Assembly: GCA_904063045.1 (NCBI GenBank)
Contig: CAJFCJ010000002.1
Location: 3,777,891 to 3,841,890, forward strand
Source of the DNA: Dimorphilus gyrociliatus
Lineage: Eukaryota > Animalia > Annelida
Direction of reading: 5' to 3'
DNA length: 64,000 nt
Below the pieces are notes generated by a model. The model did not search any database. It was not told the DNA's origin and worked only from the letters and a program-made list of their open reading frames with translations. The position numbers were made by a program, and so were the translations under genes. Every line of letters begins with the position of its first letter. Position 1 is the stretch's first letter. Shown here one piece after another: positions 1 through 11,941 of the stretch.

Positions 1-3000
1 ATGTTTCTAGTTTCTTCTTTACAGGGTTTAAACGAGCTCAATCCATGCACTTAACATTTGATGCACATGTATATACTAGATATAGGTTAGTTGATACTAA
101 TAGATAACTGTGTACGGATTGATAAGTATATAATAATTTATATATACAAAATATAAGGTATACAGCACACAAAATCGTGAAAGTATTAACGATATCTCAT
201 GTTTTGGCCAGCGTTATATACATAATATTTTCTCTTCCCTCACCAATCTACAAATTCCCTTGTGCGACGTTAATGCTGTTTTAATCATCTAAGTGTTTTA
301 TTGAGAGATTGGTGAAGGCGATATTGAGTGTCATCTATCGAAAACGATTGTAACAACCTAGATAAACTGAATAAAGAGAAAGAAAGGCAATACTCTAGGA
401 GGGAAATACCTGTATTAAAAGGTCTCTTTTGAAACCTATAAAAAAAATAGTTCTAGTTAACTTCATAATTAGTTGCAAATTTTCTTAATTAATATCATTT
501 CACAGATGTAACACAGTTGAGTTGTATTGTAGTGAATTTACTAGGGAAAATACTGTCTATAGTCACAACTTTGAGATTAGACAAAAAGAAAAAATCAATT
601 GAAAATACATTTGTATCGAATTTCCATCTAAAATATGATTAAAAAGTATATATATTCGTATTCATTAAGCAATTTAACTATATAGATATTTGTTTTTAAT
701 CAATTTTATATAGTTTTATTGTATAAATATATTTCATATGATTTATATATATTTCATATTGTGTAAATGTGTAAATTGATTACACCAAACTAAGTAGAAA
801 AGCATCTATATGGGTATCGTCTGTAAAGTTTCACAAATAATTTACCAACGGTTCTTATCAAATTATTGAAACACCAATTCGTCATTTTATATATACAACT
901 AGACGTACTTTTCTCTCTCTCCCTCTCTCTCTCCCTCCCTCCCTCCTTTTCTTCTTCCATCTCTTGTCTGCATTTTATACATCAGTGCATCTCTCTTTTA
1001 GCATCTTTTTATACTCTTCCTTTATTTTTCTTATTCGTCTGAAAATGTATATATAAAAATTAACGAATAGAATTCTTTAATATATAGTACATTTAAATTT
1101 TTACTTCTTTCATGTTTTTTCTCTTCTGCGTTCTCTGTAACTCTTCTCGTATTCTTTTTTATTTATGATCCATATTGGTCTTTTAATTAGCTCCTCTACA
1201 TCTAAAAAAAAAAGTAAATAATTGAATTTTATATATATATATATACATATATACAATATAAATATATAAATATATATAAATTATATGCATAGGATTTTTT
1301 TTTCGCCTATCGTCTTTACCCTTTCCTACTTCGCTAATATTTATTTAAACCGTAAATGATTTTGGTTTGCTTTATCAATTACCTGGGGTTCTTTTTGTAC
1401 TTGACTGGAATTCTGAGAAGCATATACAATGTTTGATAGATAAACTCTTTTGACAAGTCATGTATGGTATATTTCAACATAATATGTTTTTATGAATGTA
1501 TATCCCTATTGCTGTATTTACAGTCTTAAAATGAATTTGTATATATAGACATATATACTTTATAATGTATACACTGAAGTAGATACATTGGTTAATGAGG
1601 ATAAAATAGAATGATATAGCAGATTTATAACATTACAAGATCAGTTATTTATGCTTGGGGCCAATAGCTTTCAAATATATAAATATTGATTTTTGTCCCT
1701 TTGGCCCTGTGAAAAATCGCGCCGCTTAATTGCCAGTTTTGACGTAGTTCCAAGTTCGCATAGTTATTGCTTAGCTACGAGGAATGATGATCATAAAGAT
1801 TAATTGTCGATTACTAGAATTTGTTAATTATAATCCACAAAGAAGTACAAATAAGAAACTTTTTGTTGGTAAATGTTTGAACCTTGTTTTCAAAATTTTA
1901 TTATCGGATTACTATAATCCATGAAAAGTAGGGGGTAAATTTTGCAAAAGTGTATCGGATATGTGCCACTTGGACTAATCGAATGTATATATACACTTAA
2001 TAAAGAAGGTCTATTTGAAGTAGCAATACTTGCAGGACGATTTGTATAGTATTGTGATCTTAGCATTTTGCAGTTGGGATTTATCTGTACTCTATAGAAA
2101 AACAGCAACGAATACGTAAAGCATAGAGGGAGTACATAAAGATAGAGACTTGCAAGATTTATGATATACGCGTGCTATATATACAGAATATAAAAGGAAT
2201 AAAATAAGAAAAAAATTAGTTACGTGCGTATATTTAAATAAACACGGCCAAACTTTATCTTTATAAATTAAGTCCATTCCATGCTGTGATTAAAAACGTG
2301 CCTATTTCTACTGACTTTGGATTGGGATAAAAAAAAATGGTTACAGTTTAATCGAAATTATACATTATCATCCAATTTTGCCTCTTTATAATTTCTTTCT
2401 ACCTTCTTCGTTGAAATAAGATGGAGGTATATCTTTATGAAAAAAAGAGAGGGAAAAAAAATAACCTTTATTTCTATCCTAACCATTTTTCTACTTTCCT
2501 CTCGTTACCTTTCGGATACCCTCTTTTTAGATGAAAATAGGTTTGATATATACGGAGAGTGCTGGATAAGACAAGTTGTATAAACATTCGCGCACTTTAC
2601 GCGAGTTGGCGTGTATGAGATTGCTTTCTACTAAATATAGGCCTATAATTTTCTCTTAAATCTCATTACCTAACTATAAGATAAGCATTGAAAATTTTTT
2701 TACTTCTTTCAAAGGTACGCTCAATCTAATGTTGTTTATATATATATATATAAGCCAATTGTTTACAACTACACACCGTCTACATCGCCTGTATATATAT
2801 GTGTATATACTTTATACTTGCATATATTATACATATGTATTCTTATATATGTTTTTATTTGAAGCAATACATAACTAAATAGACAAGAAGCAAGCTTCAC
2901 TTCTAAATTCTCTTAGGATTCTTTCAGGACACGCAAAGAATTTCTTCATGCAGGCAACCTATCTAAATGTTCCATCCTTTTATTTACAGATTAATAACAA

Positions 3001-4132
3001 TCATTACATAAGACAATTTATAAATTTCCCGCTGTTATCCAATAATGGTAGATATGCTGTAGGTTTTTGTCACGTCAAGTGGATAGACCAGACTGTGTTC
3101 AAGTTCTTTTGAGGCTAACTCTGCAAATTAATAGGAAGAGAGTAAGAATTTGCTGTATTTACAAAAGCTTTTAGGTACGATTTAAAAACAAGTCATAATA
3201 ACAGCAAAAAACACAAAATGACAACAGCTTATTTTTTAAAGCCTATACATTTGCATAATACTATTGGGCGTCCCACCAATTAATCTATTTCTAGTGAATG
3301 GGTAAGTTATTTCAACGAATTTTTTCTCGCATGGCGGATTAGCGGGGAAACGGCATTTTTTGTTAAATTATTCATTCAATACGAATGAAAATCAAAGCGT
3401 CTGCGCTTTTTTCTTTGCTTGCTCATAGATGATATATAAAAATGCCTCAGGGTTGTTGTTGAAGTTCTCATCTCCTTCTCCTTTTTCTTGTCGCAACTCT
3501 GTAGTGTCTTCTCCATTTATTCATAGTTTTTTTTATATCTGTTTCCTTTCATTTGACTTTATTTAAAGCCCTTATACTTATGATATATAAAGGGAGCCTC
3601 TTTAGTATATCGATCAAAGAGGAGGAGTAGAAAAAAAAAACAAGACTAGAGGAAAAAATCGAAATCTTCACTTTTCGACTTCGGACGGCGTAATCGACTC
3701 CACTTCCTTTGTATAAAACTCTTCCTCCAGGGAAATACGACAAACTCCTCGTACAAACTACAAACTAACGCCGCTCTTTTCAAAGACATGGCTGAACTAA
3801 CAACAAACTTGTTGGATAAGAAGAGTAGAAGGGATAGACACTTACCGTAGGCCTACTTTGGACAGTTTTTTATAAATAAATAATTATACTGTCCGCGCGC
3901 ACCACGGCTCGTTGTTTTACCGTTGGCGGCTAATAGACGCTCGACGTCGTCGCTTAATGTATATATATAGACGTCCGAAAATAGACCCCTAAAACGGCTG
4001 AAACTTTAGGGAAATCAAACGGCCACTCGGCTTGAATCGATTACTTTTTATAGGAAGAAAATGCTGTTCCTGTTTGTCACCGGTTTTTTATTCGGGAAAA
4101 GGATAAAAGAAGTAAATTTGTTAATCGACCGA

Positions 4133-4146
4133 CCAGCAGGTGGCGC
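4133..4146 (+). promoter_or_regulatory. CTCF-type motif CCAGCAGGTGGCGC
   Basis: Full match to the CCASYAGRKGGCRS core, ~900 nt upstream of the GluN2 ATG. Confidence 0.65.
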
Positions 4147-5029
4147 TTATAGTTGTCCCGTTTCAGACTTTACTTGGCGAGCAATGAAGAGGTGTACGTT
4201 ATTGGTAAGAAATTTTATATAACTTTATAAAAAATATCTATTTTATTTGTTTTAATGAATATATATATATTAATAATAAATTTGCATATTCATAAGTACG
4301 ATAAAAATGGATATTTTTTAATTATATAGATACTGTATATATATCCAAATATATATTAATTTATATGCATACGAAAAAGTTAAAATACAATTTCCTTCAG
4401 TCGAAATATGATTATTTCTGTTAGGCACAAGTATTAAAATTCAAATTTCAAAGTGTATATGTTAGCACACAGAATATTTGATACTTATAGAATTTTCTTA
4501 TAAACTTATACTTGTATATTAGAGTGTAAAAGTATATATTTAAAAAGACTAGAGAGGCATACGTCTTTCTCTCTCTCTCTCTCCATCTCTCCTTCCCTTC
4601 TCGTTCTCTCGAACTATCTGTCTATAGGTATTAGATAAGATTATACGCATATCTAATTTGTATATAGCATGTATAATAGAAAAAAGAAGGAGTAATTTTC
4701 AATTTCACGAAAACTAAGAGGAAAGAGCTTTTTGTCTATTCTAACTAATACCGTGAAGTCTATTAGACTTTCGAAAGTTACATTTCCCCTTTTCACAAAG
4801 GAACAAAAAATTGGACAGGAATCTATATGCAGTTAATTAATTTTTTCTCATTCTCCCATTATTAATATATGGTGGTCTCATTACAGTCCGTCGTGTTTGA
4901 CAGATAGCTTCAACTAGTCAATGTAGTTATTGGCATCTAAGAAGGATTTAAGGATACTGTTACTGGAATATTTGCGAAGTAGTACTTGAGATAAAGAAGT
5001 TGTGAATAGGAGGAGAAATTGGAAAGAGG

Positions 5030-8000
5030 ATGAGCAAAATTACATCAACTACCATCATTTTTATCCTAATTATACTACCCAGCGGCTTTACACTGGCTGG
5101 GCGTAGGACTAATAGCCGTCGAAAAAATTTTAATCCACAAAAAAAGAAAACGGATTATAGTAAAGCTGTAACGGTTGGTGCGATTTTACCAAAGTCTTAT
5201 GCTTTAGGACGCAAATATACAACAATGGCTAAGCAACTGGAACCATTCAATAAAAATTTCTCAGAAAATCTTAATTCGTTTTTGCATTTTGAATTCAAAA
5301 TGTTGGAATCAACTTTTAAACCGTCGGATTTATGGAGAGCCATGTGTGACGATGGGTTGTTCAAGACTAGATTCAATTCGTTAATCTATGTTCAAACTGC
5401 CTTCACTTCTAAAGCGGAGATTCTACAGCCGTCTTCCGAGCACCTGATGAGCGTGGCCCAATTCTATCAGATACCAGTGATCGTGTGGGATTCCCCAGGG
5501 ATTATCCAGGTTCGTCCTTCCAAAACTCCCTGCCGTCCCAACCCGTTTTAAACGCGTTTATAATTAAACGCTTACCGATTTCACCCTCATTTTATTCCTT
5601 TTCCAAACTGGTCCCGGCAGACGAATAGGGAACGCCTTCTAATCCAATTAACGCCGTCCATAGCCCACCAGGGCGAAGCCATGCTGAGCCTTTTGAGAAG
5701 ATACGGATGGAATCGTTTCGCAATCGTTACAGGACGACTTTCGGGTCACGACACATTTGTCAACACCATCCGGGATCTAGTTGATAATTCCGGCGAATTG
5801 TGAGTATAAAATTAGTATTTACATAGAGAACATACTGCTTATCAAGCAGGCATCTAAAATCAAATAAAGAAAAACTAGACGAAATGTCCGCTTCAGTACA
5901 TAGTGTAATTTGGCCAGACGGAACGTCTAATTAGGACGTCATCGAAGGTCACGCGAGCATCTTCAGTTAGGAGGTGAAAGCATTTTTCGGTCGAAAGTCG
6001 AACAAATAAGAAAAAAGGCCAATAAGTGATCGAAAAATAGACTAAAGAACCTTTTAATAGCGAATATAATATAAAGTGAGGGGCCGATGAGGGGGAACTC
6101 GTTATCGAATTGCTGGAGTCTATTAATTTTATAAAGGTTTTGCTTAGGAGTCAGTTTCGTTGGAAATATTTTACGCTTCGAATTTTTTCTATACCTACTT
6201 TTGCGTCGTTGATAAAAGACTTTTTTTTTTTTGACGCCTCTCTTTTCTCTATTCTATATATTTCGCAACAAAATGATTCCGATTGGTGGTTAAGGTGCGA
6301 TCAAGCGTTAAAAAAGAGCGTTAGGACGTAAAGTATTTCCAGTTTTTCCTCTTCTCTTCCATCGCACTGGACGCCTAATAAATAATCTAAAGAATAAATT
6401 AAATTTGCACCATTTTGCCTATAGATTGACAGTATGTTAAATTTAGTAAAGAAAACAGGAAATATAGGACTAAATTTTCTTAAACATCAAGGGAAGGAAA
6501 AGGTCGTGTGACCTAGAGTAAGTGAGCCTGTACGTGTGACGCATTAAACAATATAAAGAGAATTTTAACAATTGAGTAACTTCTAATTTATTATTATTCA
6601 CCTAAAAGTAAACCTTATATTAAATTGAGTGCAGTTTCGATATTACGACGACTGTTCATCTACCATCTATGGAAAATGAAACTGTTACGTCAGAGCTACA
6701 AAAACTTCAGGCAGCTGAGAGTCGTGTAATGTTATTGTATTCGTCAAAAGAGGAGGCAACACAGATATTTAAAGTTGCCGAACGTATGAAATTATCTGGC
6801 AAAAATTACGTTTGGATAACTACTAAGTGCGCCATTCTTAAAAGTACTCTTGGTGCCGAATTGGATGAAGATCGAGGAAGGTTCCCTTTAGGAATGTTCG
6901 CCCTTTATTACTCGCATGATTACGATGAACAAGTGAAAGTAATCGAGAAGGCTTTGGTCATTTGGGCACAGGCCATGACGAATCTTAAGAAGGAAGCAGA
7001 AAATAAGAGAATCCTTCTGCGACCATCTTATCATTGTAATCCCCAGAACGATTCTGTATGGAAATACGGCAGCATCGTTTACGATCAACTATTAAAGGCA
7101 AAAGTTAAACTGAATTCCGGTGAGGAAACTATAGAATTTAAGAAGGATGGAACACTGAAGAGTGTATCTCTCAAGGTGCTCAACTTGAGACCCAAAAATG
7201 AAAGAAGTGACGAATGGGCGACAGTTGGGGAATGGAAATCTGGTAAGGAAGTTGAAATGTACGATATAACTTGGCCGGGTAATGCTCCAGCACCTCCTAT
7301 CGGTAGACCAGAAAAATACCAAGTTAAGGTTGTCACATTAAAAGAGGATCCATATGTTATATATAGCGATCCCGATCCCAATACTGGTACATGCCCACCT
7401 ATGGCCGTTTTATGTCGTATAGCAGCTAAAAATTTAACTACGCTCGTGGCTAACGCTACTTCCGACCCGTCGCTGTACCAATGCTGCTCCGGATTATGTA
7501 TAGACTTACTTAAGATGCTGGCAGAGAAAATTGGATTTGACTTTGAACTATTCGAAGTAAGCGATAAAATTTGGGGAGCCTACAACGCTGATACGAAGGA
7601 ATGGAACGGCTTAATTAAGGATATATTAGACGGGAAAGCCGATATGGTGATGACGTCGTTAAAGATAACACCAGAAAGATCAGCAGCTATAGATTTTAGT
7701 GTTCCCTTCCTAGAGACTGGGATTACGATTATTGTTGCCGTCAGGGACGGAGTTATCTCTCCAACAGCCTTCTTAGGTAAATTTGTTTCGTTATTCTCTT
7801 TACTGTTTGTTATATTGTTTAGAATAAGTGTGTAACATAGTACCATAAGGACTAAAAGCCATAGAATAGCTTATTAGCATATGACAATTAATGGATGAGA
7901 CTCTTCCCCAAGGAAGTTACTTCTTATCTTTAAACGTTGGCTTTGGTCCAAAAGAAAAGTGATCACGTGACTCATGTAGACATTTTCTCAATTTTGTGGC

Positions 8001-9505
8001 GTTTGTGAGTCAAGTGAGAATTCTTTATTAGCCCATTCTTTTTACTTTTGCAGAGCCGTATGATTATCCTTCCTGGTGCTTAATTCTTGTATTTAGTGTC
8101 CATGCTTCTGGCGCCTCTATTTTCCTATTTGAATGGTTATCTCCAAGCGGCTTAGATAGGGGGCAAAAGCCGTTGAAAGAACATAGATTTTCCCTCTTCC
8201 GGAGCTTCTGGCTAATATGGTCGATGTTGTTCGGTGCTGCTGTTTCCGTTGACAACCCCAGAGGGGTGTCCAGTAGGTTTTTGGGGAATATTTGGGCCCT
8301 GTTCGCCGTCGTTTTTACAGCGAGTTATACAGCTAATTTAGCCGCGTTCATGATTACTAAAGAGGACTATGACAGACTGAGTGGAATACAGGATTGGAGG
8401 TTACGGAACCCCAAAGCTCATAAGCCTGCTTTTAAATTCGCTACAGTGCCACATGGAAGTACAGAAACTAATTTAAAGAATAATTACCCTCAAATGTACG
8501 ATTATATGATGCCGTTCAATAAATCGACAGTTGAAGAAGGTGTTAAGGCTGTTAAAGATGGTGATATTAATGCATTTATATACGATGCCACTGTTCTTGA
8601 GTATTTGGCCGGTCAAGATGACGGCTGTAAGTTGAGGACTGTTGGCACTTGGTATGCTATGACGGGATATGGAATAGGTTTTCCCAAAGGCAGTAAATGG
8701 AAAAAAGTCATCGATAAATACCTATTACAATTTCAGCATGAAGCTAGGGAAATGGAAAGGCTTCAAAAGTTTTGGTTATCTGGAGCTTGTTCAACAAAGA
8801 AGGATGAGGGAGAAAGTTCAATGCCCCTAGGTATATTAAATTTTACCTCTGCATTTATCCTTTTGGCTGGTGGTATGCTATTGGGCGCGGTTCTGCTTAT
8901 ATTAGAGCATGTTTACTTTAAGTTCTTCCGAGTTCGACTTCGTAAATGGGACAAATGTGGTTGTTGTGGCCTGGTTAGCTTATCCATGGGAAAGTCATTA
9001 ACGTTCGAGCAGTCTGTAAAAGAAGCGATCAATCTCCAAAGGAATTACAAATGTAAGAACGCTCTATGTGAGACGCATCTTTGGAGAACTAAACACGAAC
9101 TCGATCTGGCTTTACTACACGTCGACAGATTAGAAGCTCAATTAAGGTACTAAATTATTTACATAGGTCTTATTTTTTCAAGAAGTTCTTCAAGTAAATT
9201 CTATGTTTTTATCTAGTTGACTTTCGGTGATTAAATGATCATATGATTTTTTTCCTTAACAAAATAGTTCACTCGGAATAGAACCAGAAAGAGTATCAAA
9301 ACTACCATGTAACGGACTGGAGAGCATAGAAGATGAGCGGAAGAGACAGAGAAGATTAAGGGCTAGGTCGCGATCTTTACCAAGTTCACCAGCCAGAGGA
9401 GTTCGCGATTCATCTACACCGTCCAGGTTGAAAAGCAATCGAGCCTGCTATATTCACCTCGATGATAATTTCCTGACCAGCATCGAGAAAGAGACGGTTT
9501 TATGA
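5030..9505 (+). CDS. GRIN2: NMDA-type ionotropic glutamate receptor, GluN2/NR2-like subunit (~1,043 aa, 5 coding exons)
   Basis: Exons 5030-5509, 5621-5799, 6635-7776, 8054-9146, 9268-9505; all introns GT-AG with consistent phases (3,132 nt). Signal peptide, ATD (QLTPSIAHQGEAMLSLLRRYGW), S1 (TSLKITPERSAAIDFSVPF), M2/M3 (WSMLFGAAVSVDNPRG, SYTANLAAF), S2 (TVPHGSTE, FIYDATVL, YAMTGYGI), M4, and C-terminal PDZ ligand KETVL*. Confidence 0.95.
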
Positions 9506-9820
9506 CGACCTTTTTAGGCGATTAATGCTCAACGAGGGAACAAACAAAGTGCACTACGTTATGTTGCATTTCTGACGAGTGTAGCAACCAGAATGGTGTA
9601 TTGTAACAATAAAAATAACCGCACGATTTTATGCTGTAAAAATAAGAAAATATACGTTTACAGTTATATTCTGTATACATTCATATTTATATATTAATAT
9701 TAATATTATCTTTGAATAAAAGGTAAAGATGTTTTAAATTACATTCTTATTCAGTTCAGTGTCGTAGTAATAATCTTAAAGTCTTCTCTATCTTCTCTCA
9801 TTCAAATATTTGTTAACAAG

Positions 9821-9846
<26 letters not shown>
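9821..9846. repeat. (TA)13 microsatellite
   Basis: Direct read; downstream of the GluN2 stop. Confidence 0.95.
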
Positions 9847-9852
<6 letters not shown>

Positions 9853-11159
9853 ATATAATATAATATAAAGCATAAAGCGTATGTTATAGACTGTATATCG
9901 TACATAGCTATAAACCCTGGTTACAGGATATTATTAGCCTTGATTAGCTTTATTGCCACTGTTATTGAGAGAAGATACGGAGGACTTTACTGGTCGTTTT
10001 TTTTTGTTATCTGTCATTCTCTTTTCCTTCCTATTTCCTATCTTCATTAATTGTCACAGGCAGTGGAAACTTAATACTAATTATAGTTCCAATCGTATAA
10101 AAATGTAAACGCCATCTAGTAGAAGGGATGAAGACTGTGACAAGAGATTTATAGCATTATTGGTAGTATTACTAAAAGATTAGAAAATGGATAATTGATA
10201 TACTTATCATATAGTGACTAAAATAAATTGCTAATTCATCATTCCAACATTTTACGACAGGTTAATTATCAATCTTCTTAAAATGGACTAAGCAAAGAAA
10301 TTTAATTAATATAAATTACACATATATATACATATGGTATATAACTAATATATAAATAGTAGATATATTATATATATAAGTTTTATTATCAACACACAGG
10401 ATAAGTAAGATGGATTTTGACATTCGTACAAATTATTTTCGTATACAAATTTTAACCTGGATTAAATAGATGCCATTAGAACATTTAAACAATTTTGAAA
10501 TGGCAATGTTTTGTTTGCACTTCAATTAATAATTAGCGTAGAATAGTGAAAATTATTTTGTACCCTTTTACTCATTTTATCATAATAGAATAAAGGAAGA
10601 AGAAAAAAAGAAAAGATAATAATTTAATAAAAGTTTCATACGAAATAAAAAGGTGGAAGAGAAATAAAACACATTTATTTTAACTGCAATAATAACTTGG
10701 GGAAGTAGAGGAAAAGGGAAAAAAAAAAAAATCGAATACTGTTTTGTTAGGGTAATACAATAGATATTCGTTCTGGTCAAATTATTTGTAGGGTTCCTCC
10801 ATATACGGCATTTTCTGGCAAAATACAATTAGTAAAGCATGAAATATCTAGAGAGAAAAAATATTTTTTATTTCTTCTTTCGCTTATCGAATTTTTGAAA
10901 AAATTAATGTTACAAAGATAAATAAAGTTTTCCATGAATCAATTGTCACAATTTTGTGTTTAGTTTGCTTTGGAAGGCAATCACTGATTGGAATTATGTA
11001 TAAACGAACCGAGACATTTCCCACTCAGCTTGTAGTCAAAATAGAGGAGGAATTGGATAATAAAACAATCTTAAGGGAAAATCAGCTATTCGTGCATCCA
11101 TACACGCTGTTCATCTTGGCTTAACTTAATGGTAAAAGATGGATGGGTGGGGAAGTGAG

Positions 11160-11513
11160 AGAAAATTAGAAAGGGAAGTTTGATAAGAGAGAGAAAAGAC
11201 TGTTTTGCGAAAGAGAAAGAGACGCACATTGTGCTGAAGTTATGCTTAGTGACAAAATGAGCAAACTGACTGAGATCGCCATCTGCAGTCTACTGGTATA
11301 TTGATTATGAGTATTAATGTAGGCTAGCGAGTGGTACCCGGTTTCGTGAACGCCAAGGAAAATGTCCACAGAGCCCAACTATGAGATGTTGCGTGGGCGC
11401 CTACTCCGGCTAGCGGAGAGACGGCTTGACACAAGAATTGCTTATAGGCGTTACCATATGGTCGATTCGGGACGCTGTTTCGCCTGACACTCTTTACAGG
11501 TAAGCGTCTCCAG
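11160..11513 (+). other. GC-richer island ending in tandem splice donors; probable non-coding 5' exon of the SLC17 gene
   Basis: Donors ACAG|GTAAGC (GT at 11500) and CCAG|GTAAAT (GT at 11514). I found no ATG-initiated frame reaching either donor in a phase compatible with the 12225 exon. Confidence 0.35.
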
Positions 11514-11941
11514 GTAAATTTGCAATTTTCCATTAGTATTTGCGGATGGCTAAAAAAAGAGAGCATAATTTGGATTTGAGCTTTTTTAAGCGAATCTCCC
11601 ATTGGGAGTATAAAAAAGCAACCTTTCCAAATTAAGACATAAAGATTAGAACAGGCGCGAAATCACGTAAAATGAATTACACAGTTGCAACCTTTTGTAA
11701 GCATTTGCAAACTAAACATTTAGTTAATTATAAATAAAACAATAATGTGAAAAGAAGATAAATAGCGAAATTGACATCAGGGTATAGGGAAAAGGGAACG
11801 ATTAGAAAACAGCAAAGAACGCTAAAGTCAGCAAGTTTTTTATGCTGACTTTGGTGTTGAAGTATGAAAAGGGGTGTAAAACTAAAAAAGAAAAAAAAAC
11901 ATGGCGTCTCTGATGCAAACATATTGTTCCCGATAGTGAAG

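Noticed and set aside
1780-1830. C-box-like ATGATGA suggesting a C/D snoRNA
   Set aside because: No properly placed CTGA D box or terminal stem.
6888-8255. Minus-strand ORFs overlapping GluN2 (6888, 7085, 7092, 7580, 8064) and similar antisense ORFs at 9256, 18108, 18852, 20067, 23446, 25283, 27341, 44895, 55715
   Set aside because: These are shadow frames of real coding exons with no independent motif or splice support.
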